Shown: one piece after another, positions 39,731 to 50,766 of the stretch
How the letters are laid out: every line of letters begins with the position of its first letter
How positions within the stretch are numbered: the first letter of the stretch is position 1
NCBI GenBank assembly: GCA_033549025.1
Contig: JAWSUS010000006.1
Location: 64,001-128,000, forward strand
Length of the DNA stretch: 64,000 nucleotides
Source: Desulfuromonadales bacterium
GTDB taxonomy: Bacteria; Desulfobacterota; Desulfuromonadia; Desulfuromonadales; SZUA-540
Reading direction: 5' to 3'
Notes under the pieces: generated by a model
Told to the model about the DNA's origin: nothing
The model's database searches: none
What the model saw: only the letters and a program-made list of their open reading frames with translations
Made by a program: the position numbers and the translations under genes

Positions 39731-41692
39731 ATGGCCGCCGTTGATAAAGGCCAAGACGCTCCCCGTATTATTCTTGTCGGCAGCCCCAACGTCGGCAAGA
39801 GCTCTCTGTTTAACGAGCTGACCGGAACGTACACCACCGTTTCAAATTATCCTGGTACATCCGTCGAAATTTCCCGCGGCCACTGCGATATCGCTGGGAC
39901 CCGCTATGAGGTCCTCGACACGCCTGGCATGTACTCGCTCATACCGATTTCCGAAGAGGAAAAGGTGGCGCGGGATATCCTGCTGAACGAAACGCCCCAC
40001 GTCGTCATTCACGTTATTGATGCCCGCAATGTTGAGCGCATGCTCCCCATGACCCTTCAGCTCATCGAAGCGGGCCTTCCCATGATGCTGGTCATCAATA
40101 TTATGGATGAGGCGGAGCGACTGGGCATCCAGATTGATTTCCCCGCGCTGCGTGAGCGCCTCGGCATTCCCGTGATCGGGGCGGCGACCGCGCGCCGCCG
40201 TGGTCTTCAGGAAATTCGGCAGGCGATTGACAATCAGGAATTCGGCGTCGGTGCCCCGTTTTCCTACTCCCCCGACCTCGAAGACGATATTCATGAAATA
40301 TCAGCCTGTTTTCAGAGCGATTACCGACTCAGCCGCCGCTCGCTCGCGTTGCTTCTTTTGCAGAAGGACACACATATCCAGGCGCTGGTCGGGGACAGGG
40401 AAGGGGAGTTGGCTGAGCCGCTGATGGAGTGCGTCAAGAAGGTCTCCTTTGCCCGACGTTCTGATCTTCACCTTCATATCAGCCTGGAACGCAAAAGAAT
40501 TACCCGCAATCTACTCAACGGAGTTCTGACCCAGGAAGGGGGCAGAAAACCGGCGCTGTCGGACCGCCTTTCTGCCCTGACCATGAATCCCTGGACCGGG
40601 TTCCCCTTCTTGTTGGCTACCCTCTATTTCGGGCTGTACAAGTTTGTCGGCGGCTTTGGTGCCGGTACCGTGGTCGATTTTCTGGAGTCGACGCTTTTTG
40701 AGGCGTACCTCATCCCCTGGCTCATGCACCTGGGGGATCGCTTTCTGCCCTGGTACTGGCTGCACGAACTCATGGTGGGGGAATACGGCATATTTACCCT
40801 GGCCATACGCTATGCCGTCGCCATTGTGCTGCCTATCGTCGGTACCTTTTTTCTCGCCTTCTCCATTATTGAAGATACCGGCTATTTTCCGCGTCTGGCC
40901 ATGCTGGTTGATCGGATTTTCAAAAAAATCGGGCTGAACGGTCGAGCGGTCATTCCTCTGGTGCTCGGTTTTGGCTGCGACACCATGGCTACGATCGTTA
41001 CACGCACCCTGGAAACCGTACGGGAGAGAATCATCGCCACAGTCCTGCTGGCCCTGGCTATCCCCTGTTCGGCTCAACTTGGCGTCATTCTCGGCCTTTT
41101 ATCCAGCGTGCCCGGGGCCTTGGCCGTCTGGACCCTCAGCATGGCTCTTGTCTTTCTGCTCATCGGGTTTTTGGCTGCCCGTCTGGTGCCGGGAGAACAG
41201 CCCATGTTTTACATGGAAATCCCTCCCTTGCGCATGCCCCAGTTGCGCAACGTGATAACCAAGACGCTGACCCGGATGCAGTGGTACTTTGTCGAGATAT
41301 TCCCCTTGTTCATTATCGCTTCCGTGCTTTTGTGGGCCGGCAAACTCAGTGGGGGCCTGGCCTGGGTGGTGAAGGGGATGGAGCCCGTCATGACGATGCT
41401 GGGGCTGCCCTCACAGGCCTCCGCCGCCTTTATTTTCGGATTCTTTCGGCGGGATTTCGGCGCGGCCGGGCTTTATGACATGCAGACATCCGGTCTGCTT
41501 TCGCCGGTACAATTGACTGTTGCTGCGGTTACTCTGACCCTTTTCGTGCCCTGTGTGGCCCAATTTCTGGTTATGAACAAAGAGAGGGGATGGAAGGTTG
41601 CCTTCGGGATTTTTATCTTCGTTACTCTTCTCGCGTTTGGGGTCGGCTGGCTTCTCAATAAGATGCTGCTCTTTACGGGTGTACTGGCATGA
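39731..41692 (+). CDS. feoB: Ferrous iron transporter FeoB
   Basis: GSPNVGKS, NYPGTSV and DTPGMYSL GTPase motifs; GFGC, IPCSAQ and PC gate motifs. Confidence 0.96.
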   Translation: MAAVDKGQDAPRIILVGSPNVGKSSLFNELTGTYTTVSNYPGTSVEISRGHCDIAGTRYEVLDTPGMYSLIPISEEEKVARDILLNETPHVVIHVIDARNVERMLPMTLQLIEAGLPMMLVINIMDEAERLGIQIDFPALRERLGIPVIGAATARRRGLQEIRQAIDNQEFGVGAPFSYSPDLEDDIHEISACFQSDYRLSRRSLALLLLQKDTHIQALVGDREGELAEPLMECVKKVSFARRSDLHLHISLERKRITRNLLNGVLTQEGGRKPALSDRLSALTMNPWTGFPFLLATLYFGLYKFVGGFGAGTVVDFLESTLFEAYLIPWLMHLGDRFLPWYWLHELMVGEYGIFTLAIRYAVAIVLPIVGTFFLAFSIIEDTGYFPRLAMLVDRIFKKIGLNGRAVIPLVLGFGCDTMATIVTRTLETVRERIIATVLLALAIPCSAQLGVILGLLSSVPGALAVWTLSMALVFLLIGFLAARLVPGEQPMFYMEIPPLRMPQLRNVITKTLTRMQWYFVEIFPLFIIASVLLWAGKLSGGLAWVVKGMEPVMTMLGLPSQASAAFIFGFFRRDFGAAGLYDMQTSGLLSPVQLTVAAVTLTLFVPCVAQFLVMNKERGWKVAFGIFIFVTLLAFGVGWLLNKMLLFTGVLA

Positions 41693-41874
41693 AATGTGGT
41701 TTTTGCCAGAAAGAACTGCCGGACGACGCTCTTGAAAAACAGCCTCGGTGTGGTCTGTGCCCTGGGGGTTGTCGGAAGATTCACTGCCCCTTCTGCGGCT
41801 ATGACAACCCGGTTATGCCTTCCTATTTAAAACGTTTGGCCAGGAAAAAGAACGATCAAGGAGGATCCCAATGA
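41689..41874 (+). CDS. Small Cys-rich (7 Cys) metal-binding protein coupled to feoB
   Basis: CxxC...CxxCxxxC...CPxCG; ATGA overlaps with both feoB and ideR. Confidence 0.75.
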   Translation: MKCGFCQKELPDDALEKQPRCGLCPGGCRKIHCPFCGYDNPVMPSYLKRLARKKNDQGGSQ

Positions 41875-42518
41875 AGCTTTCTGAAAAAGCCGAGGAAATT
41901 CTTGAGGCGCTGTGGATAGCGACGGAAGAAGAAGGGGAGAATGGCGCCCACTTCCAGACCCTCGGTGTCGGCCCTGATGACGAAGGGCTTCGGGAACTGG
42001 ATCGCCTGGCCTACATTGAGGTCAGGGGAGAGCGTGTCCACCTGCGTCAGGAAGGCCGGGAGGAGGCCAAAATGACCGTTCGCCGCCACCGGCTGGCTGA
42101 ACGCCTCATGATGGATGTGCTGGACATCAAAGGGGAAAGCGGCGACGCCAAGGCCTGTGAGTTTGAACATCTTCTGCACCAGGGCGTAGATACCAAAATC
42201 TGCACGCTGCTCAATCATCCCACCACCTGCCCGCATGGAAAACCTATTCCCCCGGGCAAATGCTGCCTGGAAGCCCAGGCGCGCGGGGAGGCCGGCGTTG
42301 TACCCCTCACGGAGGTCAATGCGGGGCAAAAGGGAGAGATTGCCTATCTGTCCGTGACCGATCCCAAAAAGATGCAAAAACTGATGAGTCTGGGAGTCCT
42401 CCCCGGCAATCAGTTGCGGCTGGCGCGGACTTTTCCGGCTTACGTCTTCACGGTTGGAAATTCCGAGTTTGCCGTCGACGAAGACCTGGCCAGGGAAATC
42501 TTTGTCAGAAAAATCTGA
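41871..42518 (+). CDS. ideR: DtxR/IdeR-family metal-dependent repressor with C-terminal FeoA domain
   Basis: RRHRLAERL, ACEFEH and TTCPHGKPIP, followed by FeoA-like KLMSLGVLPG. Confidence 0.85.
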   Translation: MKLSEKAEEILEALWIATEEEGENGAHFQTLGVGPDDEGLRELDRLAYIEVRGERVHLRQEGREEAKMTVRRHRLAERLMMDVLDIKGESGDAKACEFEHLLHQGVDTKICTLLNHPTTCPHGKPIPPGKCCLEAQARGEAGVVPLTEVNAGQKGEIAYLSVTDPKKMQKLMSLGVLPGNQLRLARTFPAYVFTVGNSEFAVDEDLAREIFVRKI

Positions 42519-42694
42519 TAAGTCCGGTAAAAGGATTTATGGATATCGTCAGCTGTATTTGCCCGGTGTTCCGAAACTGTGTGAGGCTGCAAAAACGCTT
42601 TACTTGATGCATATTTCCTGATAACTATTCACGGGTCGAGTATACGGCACCCCTGACGTTTTCCGACATCACTTCCCTTGGCAGGAGAGTAAGA

Positions 42695-43546
42695 ATGCAT
42701 GCTGATTTGAAATCTGTTGTGGCGACCGTGGGCGATTTGCCCCCCATGCCCGCGGTGGCCGTTAAGGTTATGGAGCTTCTGCAGGATCCTGAGAGCACCG
42801 CTGATGGACTGGCCAATGCCATTTCCGCTGACCCCGCTGTTTCAGCCCGTATCCTTAAAATTGCCAATTCCTCGTTTTACGGATTGCAGCGTCAGGTGTC
42901 GACCCTGAAAGCCGCTATCGTTATTTTGGGGCAGAAGACTTTGAGAAGCCTGGTTCTAGCGGCCAGCCTGACCGGGATGCACCGCAAATATGGATTGCAG
43001 GAAAAAATGCTTTGGGAAGATTCCGTTGGCGCCGCCATCGCCGGACGGCTGCTGGCTCAGCATCTTCGTTCACTTGATCCTGAGGAGGCCTTTTTGGCCG
43101 GCCTTTTCCGTCACATCGGTAAAGTTGTGCGCAGCAATAACAATAACGAAGAATTTACCAGCATTATTCAGGCCGTATATAATGGAGAAGGGTCTTTTTC
43201 CGAACTGGAGAAGCACTATTTTCCCCATGACCATGCCGTTGTCGGGGCCGCCGTACTCGACAAGTGGAACTTCGCACCGGCGCTGATTCAAAGTACCCTG
43301 CATCATGAAAATCTGGATGTTGACCCCGACGAAGACCCGAACGCCTACCGCCTTACCGCAGCCATTAATCTGGCTGGCGCCATGTGTCGAAAGTTGGGGA
43401 TCGGACAGCGTTCGCCGGAGGAAGACCTGGATCTTTCCGCGACGGCCGGGGCTAAGGCCCTTGGAATGGACCAGGATGATCTGGATGATCTTGTCGCGCA
43501 ATTCAAAAAAGTCTATGACGAAAATCGCGGACTTTTTTTCTCCTGA
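42695..43546 (+). CDS. HDOD domain protein
   Basis: LPPMP, DPAVSARILKIANS, AGLFRHIGK and DHAVVGA..WNF. Confidence 0.9.
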   Translation: MHADLKSVVATVGDLPPMPAVAVKVMELLQDPESTADGLANAISADPAVSARILKIANSSFYGLQRQVSTLKAAIVILGQKTLRSLVLAASLTGMHRKYGLQEKMLWEDSVGAAIAGRLLAQHLRSLDPEEAFLAGLFRHIGKVVRSNNNNEEFTSIIQAVYNGEGSFSELEKHYFPHDHAVVGAAVLDKWNFAPALIQSTLHHENLDVDPDEDPNAYRLTAAINLAGAMCRKLGIGQRSPEEDLDLSATAGAKALGMDQDDLDDLVAQFKKVYDENRGLFFS

Positions 43547-43583
43547 TTCCTCTGTCAGTTCCTCCCTGTCAACGTAACCGTTT

Positions 43584-43630
43584 AAAATTCCGGAAGACCC
43601 TGGCCACGCAGGGCTTCCGGAATTTTTTTT
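43584..43630 (+). terminator. Intrinsic terminator after the HDOD gene
   Basis: aaaattccggaagaccctg...cagggcttccggaatttt followed by a T run. Confidence 0.8.
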
Positions 43631-43667
43631 CTGGAAAGCATTTAAGTCTGTAACGGGTAAAAGAAGT

Positions 43668-45494
43668 ATGACTCAACGTGTCGATTTTTTGCCGACCTGT
43701 CTGGAAGATATGAAAAAAAGGGGGTGGGACGAACTGGATGTCCTGTTCGTCAGTGGGGACGCCTATGTCGATCACCCTTCTTTTGGCGTTCCTCTGTTGG
43801 CCCGTTACCTGCTGGCCAACGGTTTTCGTGTCGGGATCATTGCCCAGCCTGATTGGCGGGACCGCGAGGCCTTTGCAGTGATGGGGCGTCCTCGCCTGTT
43901 TGCCGCTCTTTCCGCAGGAGCAATGGACTCGATGGTCAATCATTATACCGCTGCCCGCAAAAGGCGCCGCGACGATGCCTATACGCCCGGTGGCCATGCC
44001 GGTGCCCGTCCTGATCGCGCCCTCATAACCTATACGGCGGCAGTCAAGTCTGCGTTCAAAGGACTGCCCGTTGTCCTGGGCGGCATCGAGGGGAGTCTTC
44101 GCCGATTGGCCCACTACGATTATTGGAGTGATGCGGTGCGGCGGTCTATTCTTCTTGACAGTAAAGCCGATTTACTGATTTACGGAATGGGCGAAAAGCC
44201 TCTACTGGAGGTTGCCCGGCGGATGCAGGCCGGCGAGTCCCTCGAATCGATTCAGGATATACCGGGAACGGCGTTTCTTGGCCGCAACTGCCCGACGGGA
44301 AGTGTCGCCTTGCCATCCTTTGAAGAGGTCAGCCAAAACAAGGCCGCATTCAACCAGGCGTTTCGACAGGCTTCGGAAGAATCCAATCCCTTTCGGGGGC
44401 GCGCGCTTTGCCAGGGTCATGGAAATCGACAAGTCATCGTCAATCCGCCTCAAAAGCCGCTCAGCCAAGAGGAGATGGACCGCATCTACGCCCTGCCTTT
44501 TGCCCGACGGCCCCACCCTGACTATGGGGAGCCCATACCGGCTTTTATCCAGATCCGTCACTCCATCACTTCCCATCGCGGCTGTTTTGGTGGATGCTCT
44601 TTCTGCGCGATTGCCGGTCATCAGGGCAAGACGATACAATCTCGTTCCGAAGCCTCCGTCCTGGCAGAAGTCAATCGCCTGGTTCATGATCCTGAATTTT
44701 CTGGGACCATCACCGATGTCGGCGGTCCCACCGCCAACATGTATGGTCTGAAATGCAAACACCCGGAGGCCGAAACGGCTTGCCGCCGGGTCAGTTGCCT
44801 GTTCCCCCAAATCTGTCCGAATCTGGATACCCGTGACGGTAAGGCTGTCCATCTTTTGCAAAAAATCCGCGAGACAAAGGGTGTGCGTCATGTCTTTGTG
44901 GCCTCCGGCGTGCGGTTCGATCTGTTTGCCAAGCAGCCGGCCTATTTAGACGAACTGCTCAGGCACCACGTCGGCGGATTGCTTAAAGTGGCGCCGGAAT
45001 CGGCCTCGGATGATGTTTTGGCTCTGATGCACAAACCACCTGCCCGTATTTTCGAAGAGTTCCTGCAGGCCTTTCGTCAATTCAACCGCTCAGAGGCGAA
45101 ACGGTTGGGGATTGTCCCCTACTTTATCTCCGGGCATCCCGGCAGTACTCTCTCCGCTTTGGTCGATGGGGCTCTTTTTTTGTGCAGAAATGGGTTGCGT
45201 GTGGAGCAGGTTCAGGAATTCACGCCGACGCCTGGCACCCTGTCAACATGCATCTATCACACCGGGGTGGATCCTTTCAGTGGCCAGGAGGTCTATGTGC
45301 CGCGCTCCGCCCGTGAGCGCCGGCTGCAGAAGTCGCTCCTCTTATGGCATCTGCCCGAAAGCCGCCAGGATATCCTTGAAGCGCTGAAATTGACCGGTCG
45401 GCTGGATGAAGGTGCGGTGCTGCTGGATCAAGCCAAGTTGGGGGGGGGGCATAAGGAAAAAGCCAAAAATCGGCGGCCGAACAGAAAAAGATGA
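43668..45494 (+). CDS. YgiQ/UPF0313-family radical SAM protein
   Basis: GDAYVDHPSFG, DSMVNHYT, HRGCFGGCSFC and GGPTANMY motifs. Confidence 0.92.
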   Translation: MTQRVDFLPTCLEDMKKRGWDELDVLFVSGDAYVDHPSFGVPLLARYLLANGFRVGIIAQPDWRDREAFAVMGRPRLFAALSAGAMDSMVNHYTAARKRRRDDAYTPGGHAGARPDRALITYTAAVKSAFKGLPVVLGGIEGSLRRLAHYDYWSDAVRRSILLDSKADLLIYGMGEKPLLEVARRMQAGESLESIQDIPGTAFLGRNCPTGSVALPSFEEVSQNKAAFNQAFRQASEESNPFRGRALCQGHGNRQVIVNPPQKPLSQEEMDRIYALPFARRPHPDYGEPIPAFIQIRHSITSHRGCFGGCSFCAIAGHQGKTIQSRSEASVLAEVNRLVHDPEFSGTITDVGGPTANMYGLKCKHPEAETACRRVSCLFPQICPNLDTRDGKAVHLLQKIRETKGVRHVFVASGVRFDLFAKQPAYLDELLRHHVGGLLKVAPESASDDVLALMHKPPARIFEEFLQAFRQFNRSEAKRLGIVPYFISGHPGSTLSALVDGALFLCRNGLRVEQVQEFTPTPGTLSTCIYHTGVDPFSGQEVYVPRSARERRLQKSLLLWHLPESRQDILEALKLTGRLDEGAVLLDQAKLGGGHKEKAKNRRPNRKR

Positions 45495-45518
45495 AGGCGG
45501 GATGGTGATCCTGTCGGG

Positions 45519-47564
45519 TCAGGCGCAGTATTTATAGCGGTTTTTACGACAGAGTTCGATAAAGGCCTCTGTGACCTCCGGATCAAACTGGATGCCGGAC
45601 TGCTCCTCAATCTCTTCGATAGCCAACTCGCAGGAGAGCGCTTTGCGGTAGGGGCGGTCTGAGGTCATGGCGTCAAAGGTGTCCGCAACCGCCAGAATGC
45701 GAGCCTCCAGGCAGATGTTGTCTCCGGCTACCCCATGGGGATAACCGTTGCCATCAAACTGCTCATGATGCTGTTCGATGATCTTCGTGACCTCACCCAG
45801 AAAACGAATGGGCTCCAGGATGCGAACCCCGATAATTGGATGCTGCCGCAAGGCTTCAATCTCCGATGGGGAAAGGGCTTCCTCTTTATGCAGGATGGTC
45901 GCGGCTATCCCTATTTTCCCGATATCATGAAGAATGGCCGCCTGCTCCAGTCGCCTCACGGACAATTCGTGGAGTCCCATGTGCTTGGCCAGTTCGATGC
46001 TGTACCGCCGAACGCGATCTGAATGACCGCGCGTATAGGCATCGTTGGCCTCTATCGCCGAAACGAGGGCCTGTACGGTACTGAGGTAGGTTGATTCCTG
46101 CTCCTGGTAGAGCTTGGCATTGTTGATTGCCACGCTGGCCTGGGAGGCGATGGTCGACAGAAGATCGAGATCTTCCGAGGCGAAGGCGATCCCGTCTGTT
46201 CTGTTGGCCATGCAAATGATTCCGCTGACTTCGTTTTTAACCATCAGGGGGGCATACATGACCGTCTCTCTTTTGAATCCGAAATAACTGAATTCGTCAA
46301 AACGAGGCGAGTCCTTGAAGTTCTTGAGCAGGAGAGGGCAGCGGTTCTGGATAACCCAGTTGGATATGCCTCCTACGCGCAAAGGAATCCGGGTTCCAAC
46401 CGTAATGTGTGGGGGGAGCCCGACAGCCGCTCCTATTCGCAGTTCCGCGCCACCTTCCTCAATCAGAAGGATGTAACCTATACTGGCCCTTACCGCCTCC
46501 AGGGTCTTGCTGGTCATGAGTGCGAAGAGTTTTTCGGAATCCACTGTAGAGTTGAGAGCAAAACTCATCCTGTTGAGAGCCGACAGGTGGGAGACGGCCT
46601 GCTCGAGCGTCTCATTTTTATGTTCCAGTTCACTGGCCAGGTCGGTAATACGAAAATGTGCGTCCTCGATTTCCTCAAGTCGCTCCTCAAGGGTGATGTT
46701 GAGGTATTCAATCTCTTTGAGCCGCTCTTCCAGGGTGAGATTCATCTCCTGGATTTCATCATGATGGGCCAATTTTTCCTGACTGACCGTCAATTCCCGC
46801 TCATGCCTGACTTTGGTATCTATCAAGTCTTTCAGGCGATCCACCATTTTATTGAACTTGTTTGTCAGCTCGGACATTTCGGCGGAGCTGTGAATTTCAG
46901 TGCGAGCGTGGTCAAAATGTCCGTTTTCGACGAATTCCATGGAACTCATCAGCTTCCGCAGCGGCGCATCCACATAAAACAGAATGAAGGAGGTTATGGT
47001 CAAAATCAGTATGGCCAACATTCCCATGGAGGAAAGCAGGGTCGTTTTCTGGCCTTTGCTGCGGATAGCGTCCAATTCGCTCAGAGACATATCCACTTCA
47101 AGAATTCCGACGAACTCCCGGTCCGGACTGTGACAACCGTGACAGTTGCTGGAATTTGGTATGGGGATAAGGGTCTTCTGGTGCTCGTTGCCGAAGACAA
47201 TCCTCGTATAGCTGACCTGACCCTTCTGGTAGGCCATCAGATCCCTGGATGGAACATGCCCACCGACCTCGGTGGGATCGGCGGAAACCAGGATGCGGCC
47301 GGTTTCGTCAAATATGCGAACGCCCTTGAAGGCAGGCTCGTTGGCAATCTTTTCAAAAAGGGTGATTATTTCGGTGAGGTTGCCGTGGTCGGTGTTGGTG
47401 GTGATGCTGGTGCGGATGGTTTCGCCGAGAATGCGACTGTTTTCCGTGGCGATTTGTGAAAGGAGGGCTTTTTGTGTTTTCAGGTTATGCCAAACCGTCA
47501 AGCAAACGGCGCCAATCATGATGGCGATGGTCAGTCCCAGGATTTTAAATTTCAGGGAGTTCAT
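45519..47564 (-). CDS. Membrane HD-GYP phosphodiesterase with periplasmic heme-c sensor, HAMP and GAF domains
   Basis: TM, periplasmic domain with CHGCH, TM, HAMP, coiled coil, GAF; YTRGHSDRV, LHDIGK, HHE, GYP and DRPYR. Confidence 0.9.
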   Translation of the reverse strand: MNSLKFKILGLTIAIMIGAVCLTVWHNLKTQKALLSQIATENSRILGETIRTSITTNTDHGNLTEIITLFEKIANEPAFKGVRIFDETGRILVSADPTEVGGHVPSRDLMAYQKGQVSYTRIVFGNEHQKTLIPIPNSSNCHGCHSPDREFVGILEVDMSLSELDAIRSKGQKTTLLSSMGMLAILILTITSFILFYVDAPLRKLMSSMEFVENGHFDHARTEIHSSAEMSELTNKFNKMVDRLKDLIDTKVRHERELTVSQEKLAHHDEIQEMNLTLEERLKEIEYLNITLEERLEEIEDAHFRITDLASELEHKNETLEQAVSHLSALNRMSFALNSTVDSEKLFALMTSKTLEAVRASIGYILLIEEGGAELRIGAAVGLPPHITVGTRIPLRVGGISNWVIQNRCPLLLKNFKDSPRFDEFSYFGFKRETVMYAPLMVKNEVSGIICMANRTDGIAFASEDLDLLSTIASQASVAINNAKLYQEQESTYLSTVQALVSAIEANDAYTRGHSDRVRRYSIELAKHMGLHELSVRRLEQAAILHDIGKIGIAATILHKEEALSPSEIEALRQHPIIGVRILEPIRFLGEVTKIIEQHHEQFDGNGYPHGVAGDNICLEARILAVADTFDAMTSDRPYRKALSCELAIEEIEEQSGIQFDPEVTEAFIELCRKNRYKYCA

Positions 47565-47780
47565 GGCGACCCACAGTGGATCTTAGCACGGCTTAATTAT
47601 TCGTAATTCCTTCATAAAATTATTATTTCCGACTTTAACGATGTGGGATATTTGTGTCAATTTAAAAATCCGGATTGGGTTTATTATTAAAGACAACCAC
47701 AGACCCCGATTCTTATAAACCATATATAAAGATGTTGTTGTTATGTATGTATTTCGTCAGAAAGGAAGGCCCACTCCTTC

Positions 47781-47809
47781 TTGACAGTGCCTTGATGAGA
47801 ACATAAGAT
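47781..47809 (+). promoter_or_regulatory. sigma70 promoter upstream of DUF2065-queA
   Basis: TTGACA-17 bp-TAAGAT. Confidence 0.7.
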
Positions 47810-47868
47810 ACCTCGCATTTGGTATGGTCCTAATTTGCCTCCAATTGATCGTTGACAGGATCCGGGGT

Positions 47869-48054
47869 ATGAAGTTCTTGCTGGTCGTTTTGGGTGTTGT
47901 CCTTGTTTTTGAAGGGGCGCCCTATTTTCTATCCCCTGAATCTACCAAGCGGGTTTTGCGGGAAATGCTTCGAATGCCCGGAAAAAGCATGCGTTTAATG
48001 GGGCTTTTGCTCATGTTCACGGGGCTTTTTCTTGTTTATCTCGGGACCGGTTAA
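47869..48054 (+). CDS. DUF2065 (YjeT-like) small membrane protein
   Basis: LGVVLVFEGAPYFLSP...MRLMGL pattern; 61 aa from ATG at 47869. Confidence 0.75.
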   Translation: MKFLLVVLGVVLVFEGAPYFLSPESTKRVLREMLRMPGKSMRLMGLLLMFTGLFLVYLGTG

Positions 48055-48138
48055 CCTGCGAAAAGCGTTGACAGTATTAAGCGTTTATGGTTCATTTACA
48101 CCCTGAATTTTGGGGATGACACTGCCGCTGGTATTTAG

Positions 48139-49173
48139 ATGATGCGTCTTGAAGATTTCGATTTTGAACTGCCGGCCGAGCTCATAGCGCAGTATCCCCC
48201 CGATTCCCGCGAAGAATCTCGTCTGATGGTTCTGGACAGGTCTCGCCGGAACATACTCTGTGGCAATTTTCCAGAAATCGTCGATCAATTTCGTTCAGGG
48301 GATGTTCTTGTTCTCAACGATACCAAGGTCATCCCTGCCAGGCTTCATGGAACCAAGGCGACTGGAGGCAAGATCGAGGTCTTTCTGGTGCGCCGCCTCG
48401 AATCAAACCAGGAAGACTGGGTCTGTCTGACCAAATGCTCCAAGACTCCCAAAGTCGGTAGCCGTCTGCTGCTTGGCGGCGAGATTGAGGGAATCGTTCT
48501 CGGCGAGGGAGAGGCCCCTTATAAGGTCATTCGTTTCACCTGTGCCGGGGATTTTCATCAACTGCTGGAAAAGGTCGGACGCATTCCATTGCCACCGTAT
48601 ATTCGCCGGGAAGACACCCCGGTGGATCGGGAACGCTATCAGACCGTTTTCGCCCGTGCGAAGGGTGCCGTGGCGGCCCCGACCGCCGGTCTGCATTTTA
48701 CCCGGGACATTCTTGCCGCGTTGCAGGAAAAAGGGGTCGAAATTGTCTCACTGACCCTGCATGTCGGCTTGGGTACTTTCTTGCCCGTACGGGTCGAAAA
48801 TATCCTGGAACACCGTATGCATGGGGAATCGTTTCATATACCAGAAGCGACGGCCGATACCATTAATCTGGCCAAAAAAGAAGGTCGCCGCGTGATCGCC
48901 CTGGGTACGACAACGACCCGTACTCTCGAATTTGCCCTGTCCGGCGAAAAGGCTGTTAAGGCAGGTGAAGGTATCAGCGATCTTTTCATTTATCCAGGCT
49001 TCAGGTTCAGGATTGTCGATGCGCTGATTACCAATTTCCACCTTCCTTGTTCCACCTTGATGATGCTGGTCTCCGCTTTTGCCGGGCGTGATTTTATCTT
49101 GGAAGCATATCGCCGAGCGGTTGAGGAACGTTTTCGTTTTTTCAGCTATGGCGATTGCATGATGATTGTATAG
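48139..49173 (+). CDS. queA: S-adenosylmethionine:tRNA ribosyltransferase-isomerase
   Basis: DFDFELPAELIAQYP, PLPPYI, AAPTAGLHF, TNFHLP and RFFSYGD. Confidence 0.98.
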   Translation: MMRLEDFDFELPAELIAQYPPDSREESRLMVLDRSRRNILCGNFPEIVDQFRSGDVLVLNDTKVIPARLHGTKATGGKIEVFLVRRLESNQEDWVCLTKCSKTPKVGSRLLLGGEIEGIVLGEGEAPYKVIRFTCAGDFHQLLEKVGRIPLPPYIRREDTPVDRERYQTVFARAKGAVAAPTAGLHFTRDILAALQEKGVEIVSLTLHVGLGTFLPVRVENILEHRMHGESFHIPEATADTINLAKKEGRRVIALGTTTTRTLEFALSGEKAVKAGEGISDLFIYPGFRFRIVDALITNFHLPCSTLMMLVSAFAGRDFILEAYRRAVEERFRFFSYGDCMMIV

Positions 49174-50313
<1,140 letters not shown>

Positions 50314-50374
50314 CACTGTCTATTTTTGACCTTAATTTTAACTCGAGTTTTTATTAACCAAGGAGGAATCAACG

Positions 50375-50701
50375 ATGAATCTGTTCGGCGTATCTGAAGC
50401 GTTTGCAATGGCAGGAGGTACCGGTGCCCAGGGAGAACGTCCCGGTTACGAGGGAATTCTCATGCTGGTCATCATGTTCGCCATATTCTATTTTCTGCTT
50501 ATTCGGCCTCAACAAAAGAGAGCCAAACAGCACAAGCAGCTTATCGACGCGCTCAAGGCAGGCGACCAGGTGGTTACCGCCGGCGGCATTCACGGTCGCG
50601 TAGCTGCCATCCAGGAGGGCGTGGTCACTCTGGAGGTGGCGACTGGCGTTAAAATCAGGGTTAATCGCACCTCTATTGTCACCAGCAAACAGGAGCAATA
50701 A
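50375..50701 (+). CDS. yajC: Preprotein translocase subunit YajC
   Basis: FYFLLIRPQQKR and GDQVVTAGGIHG; position between tgt and secD. Confidence 0.96.
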   Translation: MNLFGVSEAFAMAGGTGAQGERPGYEGILMLVIMFAIFYFLLIRPQQKRAKQHKQLIDALKAGDQVVTAGGIHGRVAAIQEGVVTLEVATGVKIRVNRTSIVTSKQEQ

Positions 50702-50766
50702 ATTCCTGCCTGTTGTCGACCTGGCTTCTTAAAGCTTAAAGATTCCGAAAGGAGAACGAGACCTCC

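Noticed and set aside
47565..47868. AT-rich intergenic region checked for a c-di-GMP/cGAMP (GEMM) riboswitch
   Set aside because: I found no GGCAAA/GAAA/GACGCAAAGC-type core on either strand by eye; it looks like divergent promoters.
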